This document shows, piece after piece, positions 25,501 to 32,500 of a DNA stretch of 64,000 nt; the first letter of the stretch is position 1; the number at the start of each line of letters is the position of its first letter. The DNA is taken from contig OZ253450.1 of the NCBI GenBank assembly GCA_965261335.1, positions 892,347 to 956,346 on the forward strand. Direction: 5' to 3'. Source of the DNA: Candidatus Spongiihabitans sp. (GTDB lineage Bacteria > Pseudomonadota > Gammaproteobacteria > Arenicellales > Poriferihabitantaceae). Position numbers and translations under genes: made by a program. A model generated the notes under the pieces. It searched no databases. It was not told where the DNA came from and was given only the letters and a program-made list of their open reading frames with translations.

Positions 25501-28500
25501 AGGTTGGTTGCTCCTTCAAAAGCAAGTCTCATTGAAGACCATTGCTGGTTTCCCCATTGGTTAATGGCGATGATACTGTTGGAATTATCATTGCCATTCC
25601 CCGCATTAAAATCAATACGCGGGAAGTCGCCACTGATACGGACTTCATAATCGCCTGGGTGGGTGTAAGTATGCATGGCATTGCCGTTATAGGTCTCTGT
25701 ATCTGTTTCGCCATCCTCCCAATCAACGGTGTAACTATACGTTCCGCTAGAGTGTGTTGGAATGGTAATTTCCTGACCGGCTGTTACGCGCCAAGTGGTA
25801 ACGAAGTTGGTTGTGTCTATTGAGAATGGGTTATCACCGCCAACGGTAATGGTGAATGTTTTAGAATAATCAAGTGTACCATCACTCACTTTGATTCTGA
25901 TGTTATAACTTAGACTACCTGCGGCAGGCGTGTTCTTTATTCTTAAACTGGTGCCATCAATCGTGAACAATGCGTTGTCGGCATCACCATCTCCGGCAAC
26001 CAATGTATATGTGTATATTTCACCCGCATCTACACCATTGCTAGACAATAACCCAACCCGCCTGTTAGCTGGTGCATCACGCGCCACTTTTGTTGAAGAA
26101 AGTACAATATTCGTAGTCGGCTCGTCGACTGGCGTGATGGTTACTCTAATTTGCTGCATGTCCTCCGATATTCCGTCGAATACGAATACATTAACCCGAT
26201 ATTCTTGGTCTTCACTTTGATCGATATTACCTTGCGAGTCCCTTGGGTTTTCATAATCTGGAATATAGGCGGCTTTGAAGCGTAATTCTCCTGCGTTATT
26301 TATCTCAAAGACAGCCGCATCGTGATCTGAAATCCTATAGCTAAAATCACTAGCCCCTTCCGTATCCGTCGCCATGATGGTGGTGACCGCCTGTGTGTTT
26401 TCGGGGAGCGTTATTGAATATGGAGTAACACCACCATTGGGGGAGGTAATCCGCGGTGGATTATGGGAGGGAAGGATAAAATCTCGATGATGATTGTTAC
26501 CTCCAAGTAAGTTATATAGAGCACCGGAGGCAACCGATATGGTAATGCGATATGAAGTTTTATCAGCAGACGGTGCATTGTTTATGGTCAGAACTAAAGC
26601 TGAATTTAGGGCAAACAAACCGGCATCATCACCAGAAAGACTATAAACAGGGTTGTGACCGCTTAGAACGGCATTCTGAGCCGTGAACCGTGTTACTTCG
26701 GCTCCGGCACTCAGTGTTGGATCCACGCCTAAATTCCGGGTGCTAATATACCAAAACCCCAGGTTTTGGTTTTGACGAAAAACATCTGCACCACTAAACA
26801 TATCAGTCATATTCGTTACACCGCGGACATCCCAACGGCTTATGTCTTGGTTAAAGGCAGTGGCACGTTTAAACATATACGCCATATTGGTCACATTGCT
26901 GACATCCCAATCACCAATATCTTGGTTAAAGTCGTCAGTATATTCAAACAGCGTGCCCATATTGGTCACATTGCTGACATCCCAATTGCCAATGTCTTGA
27001 TTAAAGCTTTCAGCATGCCTAAACATACTCCACATATCTGTTACCCGAGACAAATCAGGTCGGTCGGTTGCTGCTCCTTCTAGGTTGGTTGCTCCAGCAA
27101 AAGCCAGTTCCATTGATGTCCATTGCTGACTTCCCCATTGGTTGATGGCGATGATGCTGTTGGAATTAGGATTACCAGAATCCGCATTAAAGTGAATGCG
27201 TGGGAAGTCGCCGCTGATACGGACTTCATAATTACCTGCATCGGCGTAAGTATGCATGGCATCGCCGGTATAGTCCATTGTATCTGTGCCACCATCACCC
27301 CAATTTACGGTGTAATCATAGCCACTACCTGCTGTTGGAATGGTGATGATCTGACCTGCCGTTACTCTCCAAGTAGTTACGAAGTCGTCTGTTGATAATG
27401 GAGCATCGCTAACGGTGATGACAAATGCCTTGGAATGATCATTTGTTCCATCGCTTGCTTGGATTCTGATGTTATAACTTAAACTACCTGCGGCGGGTGT
27501 GTTCTTTATTCTCAAACTGTTGCCATCAATTATGAACAATGCGTTGTCGGTATCACCATCTCCTTCAACCAATGTATACATGTGTACATCCGTATCTATA
27601 TCAGTAGCGGACAATAGCCCAACTCTCCTGTTAGCCGTTGCACTACTCGCCACCGTTGTTGAAGAAAGTGCAATGTCGGTTGGTGCGGTATTCCGATTAA
27701 CGGTGACCGTGAAGGTCTGCGTAGCCGTTAGACCGCCACCATCGCGGGCAATCACGGCGATGATGGCTGTCCCTGATGTGACCGAGGTAACGGTAACAGA
27801 ACCACCCGTAGCGGTAGCGGTGGCAATGTCCGGGTTATCGGACGTGGCACTGTAGAACAGGTCATCACCATCAATGTCATTGAAGTTATTGCGAACCGTA
27901 ATCGTCTTACTTTCATCAACACCTAACGTTAAGGTGACGGAATCAATGGTACCTTCTTTGACTGGAGCCCGGTTGTTCAGTGTGATGATAACCGGATCAG
28001 ATGGGTTTGATGGTCCGTTTCCAACGGCATCGGTTGCGATTGCCGTAATCGTGTTGGCACCCGCTTCTAGCGTGACGGTGATTGTCCAAGAGCCATTCGT
28101 TGCGGTTGTAGTTGCACCAGCAATTTCAATACCGCTACGCAATAGTTGTACGATGGAACCCATCTCAGCAGAGCCTACAAGCGTAACTGATACTGTGTTA
28201 GTAGCTTGTGTTGCAGTGCTAATGGCTGGTTTGATCGGAGCTGTGTTGTCCAGTGTGATGATAAGTTCTCTGGATGGGAGGCTTGGTCGTCTGTTTTCAG
28301 TGGCATCGGTTGCGATTGCCGAGAATATGTTGGGTCCCGCTATCAGCATGACGGTGATTGTCCAAGAGCCATTCGTTGCGGTTGTGCTACCAAGAATATC
28401 CGTCCCCGCCCCTCTGTACAGATTCACAATAGAACCCACATCAGCGGTGCCAGTCAGCGTGAATGATTCTGTGTTGACCGTTTTTGCTGTGGTGCTGATA

Positions 28501-29480
28501 CTCGGGGCGGTTAGTGGTGCCGCAACGGTAACCGTGAAGGTCTGGCTTGCAGGAAGGCTGTTACCCTGCCGAGCAAATACCGTGATTGTAGCAGTACCTG
28601 TTCCCAGCGCATCGAGCAACACCTCATTGTTTATCGTAATCGTAGCCGTGACCTTTTCAGGGGAACTAGAAGCCACAGTGTAGTCTAACGCAGAGGTATC
28701 CGCATCGAAAAAGTTGACATTGCCTGTCATTGTGCCTGCCGTTAGCACGACTGTCTTCGTATCCCCCAATTCTAGAGTCTGGTCAGCAATTGGTTCGTCT
28801 CCTGACATGGTCGGACTATCGAGGGCTGGACCGTTGATGATTACTGGGTCTCTGATTATAAAAGTAGAACCAATCGGAGCATTAGTCGCACCTTTTCGTC
28901 TAATAGCCATCCTAGTAGTGCTTGTATGAGTGCCAATCCATTTAAACTCTACGGTTGCCATCCGTATTGGCAATCCAGGTTTTGCGAAAGTAGGATGAGT
29001 AAATAAGCCACCACTAGAAAGGACCCACGCTATGGTATAGTATCGATCTGTAGTTGGATCGTCATCAAGATCATTGTACATTGGTCTGGTATCTGAGTCC
29101 GGTTGTAATTCACCCGATCCCTCCTCGTACGGATCCATTCTTGGCCAAAGCAATTCAGGAAATGCAAAAACCCAATCATCTGCGTACCCCTTATGTATAT
29201 TCGTCATCCCCACTGGTTCTAATACAGAACCATCATAATGCATTCGTATAGCCAGAGCGGCTATATCTCCCGTGCCCTCATAACGCTGGTATAAATCAAA
29301 GGTGAATGTACCGCCTTGGGTAATTCCAGGCGGACTTAGCGTCATAATCGCGGTAGTGCTACCAACCTCTACTATCTCTACTCGATGTTGATGTTCTAGA
29401 GGAACAGAAATCTCTGCCACAGCAATACTAACAAGCATTGATGCCACTAAAAAAACAATACACTGTAACAACCTGTTCAT
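10572..29480 (-). CDS. Giant autotransporter adhesin (6302 aa): signal peptide, cohesin-like N-terminal domain, cadherin-like/Ig domains, 2 DUF285 modules, He_PIG-like Ig domains, ~17 two-domain Ig repeat units, ZU5-like domain, C-terminal beta-barrel
   Basis: Sec signal MNRLLQCIVFLVASMLVSIAVA; repeats [21 protein letters not shown]...DIAGNGNTAS and [13 protein letters not shown]...GTWTLLVTLxxGANTF; barrel region LWGRGD...GFQVGID...LEAGLRYD ending ESKVQF with terminal Phe; RBS AGGAG upstream. Confidence 0.93.
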   Translation of the reverse strand: MNRLLQCIVFLVASMLVSIAVAEISVPLEHQHRVEIVEVGSTTAIMTLSPPGITQGGTFTFDLYQRYEGTGDIAALAIRMHYDGSVLEPVGMTNIHKGYADDWVFAFPELLWPRMDPYEEGSGELQPDSDTRPMYNDLDDDPTTDRYYTIAWVLSSGGLFTHPTFAKPGLPIRMATVEFKWIGTHTSTTRMAIRRKGATNAPIGSTFIIRDPVIINGPALDSPTMSGDEPIADQTLELGDTKTVVLTAGTMTGNVNFFDADTSALDYTVASSSPEKVTATITINNEVLLDALGTGTATITVFARQGNSLPASQTFTVTVAAPLTAPSISTTAKTVNTESFTLTGTADVGSIVNLYRGAGTDILGSTTATNGSWTITVMLIAGPNIFSAIATDATENRRPSLPSRELIITLDNTAPIKPAISTATQATNTVSVTLVGSAEMGSIVQLLRSGIEIAGATTTATNGSWTITVTLEAGANTITAIATDAVGNGPSNPSDPVIITLNNRAPVKEGTIDSVTLTLGVDESKTITVRNNFNDIDGDDLFYSATSDNPDIATATATGGSVTVTSVTSGTAIIAVIARDGGGLTATQTFTVTVNRNTAPTDIALSSTTVASSATANRRVGLLSATDIDTDVHMYTLVEGDGDTDNALFIIDGNSLRIKNTPAAGSLSYNIRIQASDGTNDHSKAFVITVSDAPLSTDDFVTTWRVTAGQIITIPTAGSGYDYTVNWGDGGTDTMDYTGDAMHTYADAGNYEVRISGDFPRIHFNADSGNPNSNSIIAINQWGSQQWTSMELAFAGATNLEGAATDRPDLSRVTDMWSMFRHAESFNQDIGNWDVSNVTNMGTLFEYTDDFNQDIGDWDVSNVTNMAYMFKRATAFNQDISRWDVRGVTNMTDMFSGADVFRQNQNLGFWYISTRNLGVDPTLSAGAEVTRFTAQNAVLSGHNPVYSLSGDDAGLFALNSALVLTINNAPSADKTSYRITISVASGALYNLLGGNNHHRDFILPSHNPPRITSPNGGVTPYSITLPENTQAVTTIMATDTEGASDFSYRISDHDAAVFEINNAGELRFKAAYIPDYENPRDSQGNIDQSEDQEYRVNVFVFDGISEDMQQIRVTITPVDEPTTNIVLSSTKVARDAPANRRVGLLSSNGVDAGEIYTYTLVAGDGDADNALFTIDGTSLRIKNTPAAGSLSYNIRIKVSDGTLDYSKTFTITVGGDNPFSIDTTNFVTTWRVTAGQEITIPTHSSGTYSYTVDWEDGETDTETYNGNAMHTYTHPGDYEVRISGDFPRIDFNAGNGNDNSNSIIAINQWGNQQWSSMRLAFEGATNLEGQATDRPDLSRVIDMWGMFRYAESFNQDIGNWDVSNVENMGTLFEYTDEFNQDIGDWDVSNVTNMTWMFASATAFNQDISRWDVRGVTDMNNMLHNNTPAFSQNLGAWYITTEDATVDPTLGAGAEITRFTAQNSVLSGHNPTYTLVGGADVGLFTLTSAGVLTINDVPPAGKTSYHITIAATGSFGTNNQQELTLVANHKPKITSNNGVSPYELTIYENTQQVTTITATDGDTSDTLTYTLSDDDAILFEITGTGNTRTLSFKAGYIPDYDNPRNAMGEFDPNADQEYSVLVTVSDGISPVSTQQIRVTIVELLVPSISISTNTLIATVGIAITPITIAKNGRVVDSYSIVPPIENDLLFDTATGTISGTPTAIATLTTYTITATNRSGTDSGTITITVNGVPLTTPSISTTSKTVGPAEAASFLVSGTADAGSIVNLYRGDLETDILDSTTATTNGSWTITVTLIAGPNIFSAIATDATENRPPSLPSLATVITLDNTDPIKPAISTATQATNTVSVTLEGVAEMGSIVQLLRSGIEIAGATTTATNGSWTITVTLEAGANTITATATDAVGNGPSNPSDPVIITLNNRAPVKEGTIDSITLTLSVDESKTITVRNNFNDIDGDDLFYSATSDNPNIATATATGGSVTVTSVTSGTAIITVIARDGGGLTATQTFTVTVNDVAPIISISTNTLVATAGTTITPITIDETAGGMVSSYGIEPEIGNGLSFGTDTGTISGTPLAEAGSTTYVITATNGAGSATATVAITVNAAPQVPPSISISTNTLVATVGTAIADITIASSGGVVESYSIDSTLPDGLTLDTATGTISGTPTAIATLTTYTITATNTHGSAAAMITITVNGVPLTTPIISTTPQTVTTESFTLTGNADAGSTVEVRKDGSSLGTVTATNGTWTITVTLEEGANTFTAIATDAAGNRPPSLPSLSTIITLDSTKPGKPAISTVTQATNTVSVTLEGSAESDSIVQLLRSGIEIAGATTTATNGSWTISVTLEAGANTITATATDVVGNGPSNPSDPVIITLDSVAPSVTISSTSGDDGGTANTRTLSYTAIFSEAVSGFDEGDITVTGTAISGSATATVISGFSATDSRTYTFNVEATSDGNVIVSIDADVAQDIAGNGNTASGNHSLTIDSTAPSVIITSTPQTVNAGSFTLTGTADAGSTVDVLKDGSSLGTVTATNGTWTITVTLEEGANTFTATATDSTGNTSDATDAVIITLDTDRPGVTITSTSGSNGATINTRTLSYTAIFSEAVNGFDEGDITVTGTAISGSATATVISGFSATDSRTYTFNVEATSDGNVIVSIDADVAQDIAGNGNTASGNHSLTIDSTAPSVIITSTPQTVNAGSFTLTGNAEAGSTVEVSQNGNSIGTETATGGTWTLLVTLTDGANTFTATATDSNGNTSDATDAVIITLDTVRPGVTITSTSGSNGATINTRTLSYTAIFSEAVSGFNEGDITVTGTAISGSATATVISGFSATDSRTYTFNVEATSDGNVIVSIDADVAQDIAGNGNTASSNYALTIDSMAPGVLITTSTPQTVNAASFTLTGTAEAGSLVKVRQNGIPIGTETATGGTWTLLVTLTDGANTFTATATDNNGNTSKATEAVIITLDTGRPGVTITSTSGGDGATINTRTLSYTAIFDEAVNGFNEGDITVTGTAISGSATATVISGFSATDSRTYTFNVEATTDGNVTVSIAAGVAQDSAGNGNTASNNHSLTIDSTAPTVSITTNTPQTVNTESFTLTGTADEAGSTVEVFQNGGSIGTTTATGGTWTLLVTLTDGANTFTATATDNNGNTSEATDAVIITLDTVRPGVTISSASGSNGATINTRTLSYTAIFDEAVNGFDTNDITVTGTANLGSPAVTIFSVIDSRTYTFNVVATTDGNVRVSIDADVAQDIAGNGNTASNGFTLTIDRTAPSVSITNTPQSVNTESFTLTGTADADSTVEVFQNGGTIGTTTATTTRDWTLLVRLTDGANTFTATATDSTGNTSEATEAVIITLDTGRPGVTITSASGGNGATTNTRTLSYTAIFTEAVNGFDEGDITVTGTAILGSPSVTSFSVIDSRTYTFNVEATSDGNVIVSIGADLAQDLAGNGNTASSNHSLTIDRTAPTVIITTRTPQSVNTGSFTLTGTAEAGSTVDVLKDGSTIGTTTATNGTWTLLVTLTDGVNTFTASSTNGAGNTGTSGEVIITLDTDGPGVAITSASGGNGAITSDRALSYTAIFDEAVNGFDEGDITVTGTASLDSPSVTIFSASADSRTYTFNVEASSDGNVIVSIDADVAQDIAGNGNTASNGFTLTIDRTAPSVSITNTPQSVNAGSFTLTGTAEAGSLVKVRQNGIPIGTETATGGTWTLLVTLTDGANTFTATATDNNGNTSDATDAVIITLDTGRPGVTITSTSGGDGGTANTRTLSYTAIFDEAVNGFDEGDITVTGTAISGSATATVISGFSATDSRTYTFNVEATTDGNVTVSIAAGVAQDSAGNGNTASNNHSLTIDSTAPTVSITTNTPQTVNTESFTLTGTADEAGSTVEVFQNGGSIGTTTATGGTWTLLVTLTDGANTFTATATDNNGNTSEATDAVIITLDTVRPGVTISSASGSNGATINTRTLSYTAIFDEAVNGFDTNDITVTGTANLGSPAVTIFSVIDSRTYTFNVVATTDGNVRVSIDADVAQDIAGNGNTASNGFTLTIDRTAPSVSITNTPQSVNTESFTLTGTADADSTVEVFQNGGTIGTTTATTTRDWTLLVRLTDGANTFTATATDSTGNTSEATEAVIITLDTGRPGVTITSTSGSNGATISDRALSYTAIFTEAVSGFNEGDITVTGTAISGSATATVISGFSASADNSTFTFNVVTTVDGSVTVSIGADVAHDIAGNGNTASSNYALTIDRTAPTVIITTRTPQSVNTGSFTLTGTADAGSTVEVFQNGGTIGTTTATNGTWTLLVTLDEGANTFTASSTDTIGNKGTSGAVIITLDTDRPGVTITSTSGSNGATISDRALSYTAIFTEAVNGFDEGDITVTGTAISGSATATVISGFSATDSRTYTFNVEATSDGNVIVSIDADVAQDIAGNGNTASSNHSLTIDRTAPTVIITTRTPQSVNTGSFTLTGTADAGSTVEVFQNGGTIGTTTATNGTWTLLVTLDEGANTFTASSTDTIGNKGTSGAVIITLDTDRPGVTITSTSGSNGATISDRAMSYTATFEEAVSGFDTNDITVTGTASLDSPSVTIFSASADSRTYTFNVEASSDGNVIVSIGADVAQDIAGNGNTASNGFTLTIDGTAPSVSITSTPQTVNAGSFTLTGTADAGSTVDVLKDGSTIGTTTATNGTWTLLVTLDEGANTFTASSTDTIGNKGTSGAVIITLDTDRPGVTITSTSGSNGATISDRAMSYTATFEEAVSGFDTNDITVTGTASLDSPSVTIFSASADSRTYTFNVEASSDGNVIVSIGADVAQDIAGNGNTASNGFTLTIDGTAPSVSITSTPQTVNAGSFTLTGTADAGSTVDVLKDGSTIGTTTATNGTWTLLVTLDEGANTFTASSTDTIGNKGTSGAVIITLDTDRPGVTITSTSGSNGATISDRAMSYTATFEEAVSGFDTNDITVTGTANLGSPSVTIFSVIDSRTYTFNVVATSDGNVRVSIDADVAQDIAGNGNTASNGLTLTINRTAPTVSITTSTPQTVNTESFTLTGTADAGSIVEVLKDGSTIGTTTATNGTWTLLVTLDEGANTFTASSTDTIGNKGTSGAVIITLDTDRPGVTITSTSGSNGDTISDRAMSYTATFEEAVSGFDTNDITVTGTANLGSPSVTIFSVIDSRTYTFNVVATSDGNVRVSIDADVAQDIAGNGNTASNGLTLTINRIAPTVSITTSTPQTVNTESFTLTGTADAGSLVTVRQNGIPIGTTTATNGTWTLLVTLDEGANTFTASSTDTIGNKGTSGAVIITLDTDRPGVTITSTSGSNGDTISDRAMSYTATFEEAVSGFDTNDITVTGTANLGSPSVTIFSVIDSRTYTFNVVATSDGNVRVSIDADVAQDIAGNGNTASNGLTLTINRTAPTVSITTSTPQTVNTESFTLTGTADAGSLVTVRQNGIPIGTETATNGTWTLLVTLDEGANTFTASSTDTIGNKGTSGAVIITLDTDRPGVTITSTSGSNGATISDRAMSYTATFEEAVSGFDTNDITVTGTANLGSPSVTIFSVIDSRTYTFNVVATSDGNVRVSIDADVAQDIAGNGNTASNGLTLTINRTAPTVSITTSTPQTVNTESFTLTGTADAGSIVEVLKDGSTIGTTTATNGTWTLLVTLDEGANTFTASSTDVAGNTSPLSDAVIITMLIGQYQKQITTNDNQTRTVTVEFGVPQAVTVTIRAFTTTTSASADDVITKASNTLNIETAKDDFEFISHLLSVVKVDLLENAIVDIVITDAFGYPVSDACSVDSPCKVSLSYTGGDLVELGDISAEELVVFHYTNDKWTELKSFVDPDSPNTIVGETTSFSPFVLGRVDRYSTQFHRQVIARFTQALVANVARTVEGRVGAAFSDARQLASYQLDGQTVQLNGSDNLQDSMMNKLPHYAKALKDGGMDWKAMLSRSSFVLPLNTAGNPDSEQSGMTLWGRGDYTKLSGKSDGLDWNGSLVGFQVGIDSRIRDDLLVGGLVSLGNGKADYTDNRTDGAYKLKNMTGVHPYMAWTSGDMSLWGSVGYGQGRAEVSTGNVTSKVSMLSLSGGAKGKLSQTGLSLKGDISLARTDVENTIKVDNKQRLRLVLESERQRTLASGGTITPVLEAGLRYDSGDDESGLGAVLGAGIRHNLDGWVVKGKVHAVVGQNNYQEWGIHGTIEKAPNVNQQGLSFSVNPSYGATDIRMQQVYGRDQTSVSNNGTSNDYAMHLNARMDYGLSVSGIRGMLIPYSKATLGGQSKDYELGINWKRHSAFNINLSVERETRDTSKHRILLESKVQF
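12430..22380 (-). repeat. Intragenic tandem array of ~17 units of ~579-594 bp (paired bacterial Ig-like domains)
   Basis: Shadow ORFs recur at exact 579-bp steps (12961, 13540, 14119, 14698, 15277, 15856), then at ~585-594 bp; higher-order 2337-bp duplication (17313 vs 19650, 17602 vs 19939). Confidence 0.95.
28830..29360 (-). other. Cohesin-like domain at the mature N-terminus of the autotransporter
   Basis: GGTFTFDLY...DIAALAIRMHYDGSVLEP...DLDDDPTTDRYYTIAW...LPIRMATVEFK follows the cohesin pattern (hydrophobic strand, YD-x-x-x-L, terminal LxxxxF strand); recognised by eye. Confidence 0.65.
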
Positions 29481-29485
29481 AAATT

Positions 29486-29491
29486 CTCCTC
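29486..29491 (-). promoter_or_regulatory. Ribosome-binding site in the 25-bp gap linking the two giant genes as an operon
   Basis: Minus strand reads ...TAGTGAGGAGAATTT-ATG; no room for a terminator or promoter between stop (29506) and start (29480). Confidence 0.8.
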
Positions 29492-29505
29492 ACTATTCAA
29501 TTAGT

Positions 29506-32500
29506 TTAGTTATCACTGGACGGGGGTATTAAGGTTTCTATATGAGCACCTATCTCTTCTATAGTGTGATTAAGATTACCCAGACCACTTATCACCCCTG
29601 AGTTATCACCCAGCGATGCATATCTCAAAATTATAAGTCCATCGATATGAGTAAATACACCATCACCACTCACATCTAAAAGCCCACCACCTCGTTCTAT
29701 GATCTCTCCAATCTCTCCTATGGTGCGATCAAGATTACCCAGACCGCTTATCACCCCTGAGTTATCACCCAGCGATGCATATCTCAAAATTATAAGTCCA
29801 TCGATATGAGTAAATACACCATCACCACTTACATCCAAATTAAAGGTAGGAGCGGCAACATTGACGGTGATGCTAACCGTAGCGGTACCCGAACCAGCAC
29901 TATTTTCGGCAATGATGGTGTAGGTGATTGAGGTTGCACTCATCGATGGCACACCCGAAATAGTGCCAGTGGCTGTGCTAAATAACAGTCCATTAGCAAT
30001 AGGCGGGTCGATGTCATAGCGGGTAACCGTATCGCCACCTGTGGCGATGATTATCGGATCGATAGCGATACCCGCTGTTGCAATCACCGTATTGGTGCTG
30101 AGCATAATACTCGGAGGAGCGAGAATGTCAACCGTCAATGTGAGCCCGCTAAAAGCGGTGTTGCCATTGCCAGCAACATCATGAGCAACCTCTGCGGCAA
30201 TGGATACGGTAACGCTTCCGTCAGAGGTGGCTATTGCATTAAAGGTGTATGTTTTGCTATCAGTTGCAGAAAAGATGGTTACAGAAGGACTACCCAAGTT
30301 TGCCGTGCCTATTACCGTAATATCGCCTTCATCAAAGCCATTAACTGCCTCACTAAAGATGGCTGTGTAGCTCAGAGTGCGGGTGTTTGCTGTGCCACCA
30401 TTACCTCCAGAAGTAGATGTGATGGTTACGGTCGGTGCAACACTGTCCAGCGTGATGGTTACGCTAGCCGATGGGGTTGAGACATTGCCAGCGGCATCGG
30501 TTGCGGTTGCCGTGATTGTGTTGGCTCCCTCCTCTAGCGTGACGGTGATTGTCCAAGTGCCATTCGTTGCGGTGGCAGTGCCAAGAGACTCCGTTCCTTT
30601 GAGTAGCTCCACCGTAGAACCCGTCTCAGCGTCACCAGTCAGCGTGAATGAGCCTGCGTTGACCGATTGTGGTGTGTTGGTAGTGATGCTTACACTCGGT
30701 GCGGTGCTGTCAATCGTCAATGCGTAGGCGTTAGAAGCGTCGTTGCCATTGCCAGCAATATCCTGAGCAACCCCTGCGGCAATGGATACGGTAACGCTTC
30801 CGTCAGTGGTGGCTTCTACATTAAAGGTGTATGTTCTGCTATCAGTTGCAGAAAAGATGGTTACAGAAGGACTACCCAAGTTTGCCGTGCCTGTTACTGT
30901 AATATCGCCTGCATCAAAGCCATTAACTACCTCATCAAAGATGGCTGTGTAGCTCAGGGCTCGGTCGTTTATTGTGGCACTATTACTTCCAGAAGCAGAT
31001 GTGATGGTTACTCCGGGTCGGTCAGTGTCCAGCGTGATGATAACGGCTTCTGATTGAATTGATATATGCCCTGCCCTGTCTTTTGCGGTTACCGTAATCG
31101 TGTTGTTGCCTTCTTCCAGCGTAACGGGAATTGTCCAAGCACCATTTTTATCAGCCTTTGCACTCGCAGAGATTGTACCGCCACGCAATAGTTGTACGGT
31201 TGCCCTCGCATCAGCGGTTCCAGTCAGCGTAAATACTGCCGTGTTAATCGTCTGTGCTTGAGTGGTAATGATGGGTCTGGTTGGTTTATCTATATCTCGC
31301 TTGATGATAACCCTACGCCGGTTATCCATCCCAAACTCATTCATGACAGTGGATGCGATCTCAATCGTATAAGAGTCTGCAGTAAGTACTGTTTTGAGTA
31401 CCAGCTTATTCCCATCCAGCCTAAATGTTTCAGTCCCCGAAAGAAGCGTATAAACGGGGTTTTTACCGTTAAGAAATCTGTTTTGGGCGGTGATGGTTGC
31501 TATCTCATCATCTTCTACAGCCAGACTACTCACGGGTAATGTGAGACTCGCTGTTAATGTCTCATCTGCCGGGAATGCCGCATCGGTAATATACCAACGC
31601 CCTAGGTTTTGCTCAAAGGCGTTGGCAGAATGAAACATATAATCCATATTGATAACATTACGAACATCCCAAAGGTTCATATCTTGGTTAAAGACTGTGG
31701 CACTAAAAAACACACCCTCCATATTGGTAACACTGCTGACATCCCAGTGCCCTATGTCTTGATTAAAGACCAAGGCAGTAGAAAACATATAATACATGTT
31801 GTTAACATTGCTGACATCCCAATCGCCGATATCTTGATTAAAGGTGCGGGCTCCATAAAACATTTCACCCATGTTGTTAACATTGCTGACATCCCAATCG
31901 CCAATGTCTTGGTTAAAGGCAGTGGCTTCAGAAAACATTTCACCCATGTTGTTAACATTCCTGACATCCCAATCGCCAATGTCTTGGTTAAATATTCTAG
32001 CACTCCTAAACATAAACGACATATCCGTTACTCGAGACAAATCAGGTCGGTCGGTTGCTTGTCCTGCTAGGTCGATCGCTCCTTTAAAAGCAGATTCCAT
32101 CGAAGTCCATCGCCGATTTCCCCATTGATTGATAGCGATTAGACTATTCGCATTTATCACTTGCGGAGTTGGATTTCCGAATGAGCGGGAGGTGGTATTA
32201 AAATAAATGCGTGGAAAAGTGCCGCTGATACTGACTTTATACTTGCCCTCTGAGGTATATTGGTGGGTGGATCCGCTGGACTGGTTAGTGCTGGTGTTTC
32301 CATCGCCCCAATTTACGGTGTAACTATACGTTCCATCAGGGTGTGTTGGAATAGTAATTTCCTGACCTGCCTCTACCGCCCAAGTGGTAACGAAGTCGTC
32401 TGCACTTATTGATAACGGGTTATCAGTAACAGTAATCATAAATACTCTAGAAAAATCATGTAGCCTATCCTCTACACTGATTCTGATGCTGTAGGTTCCT

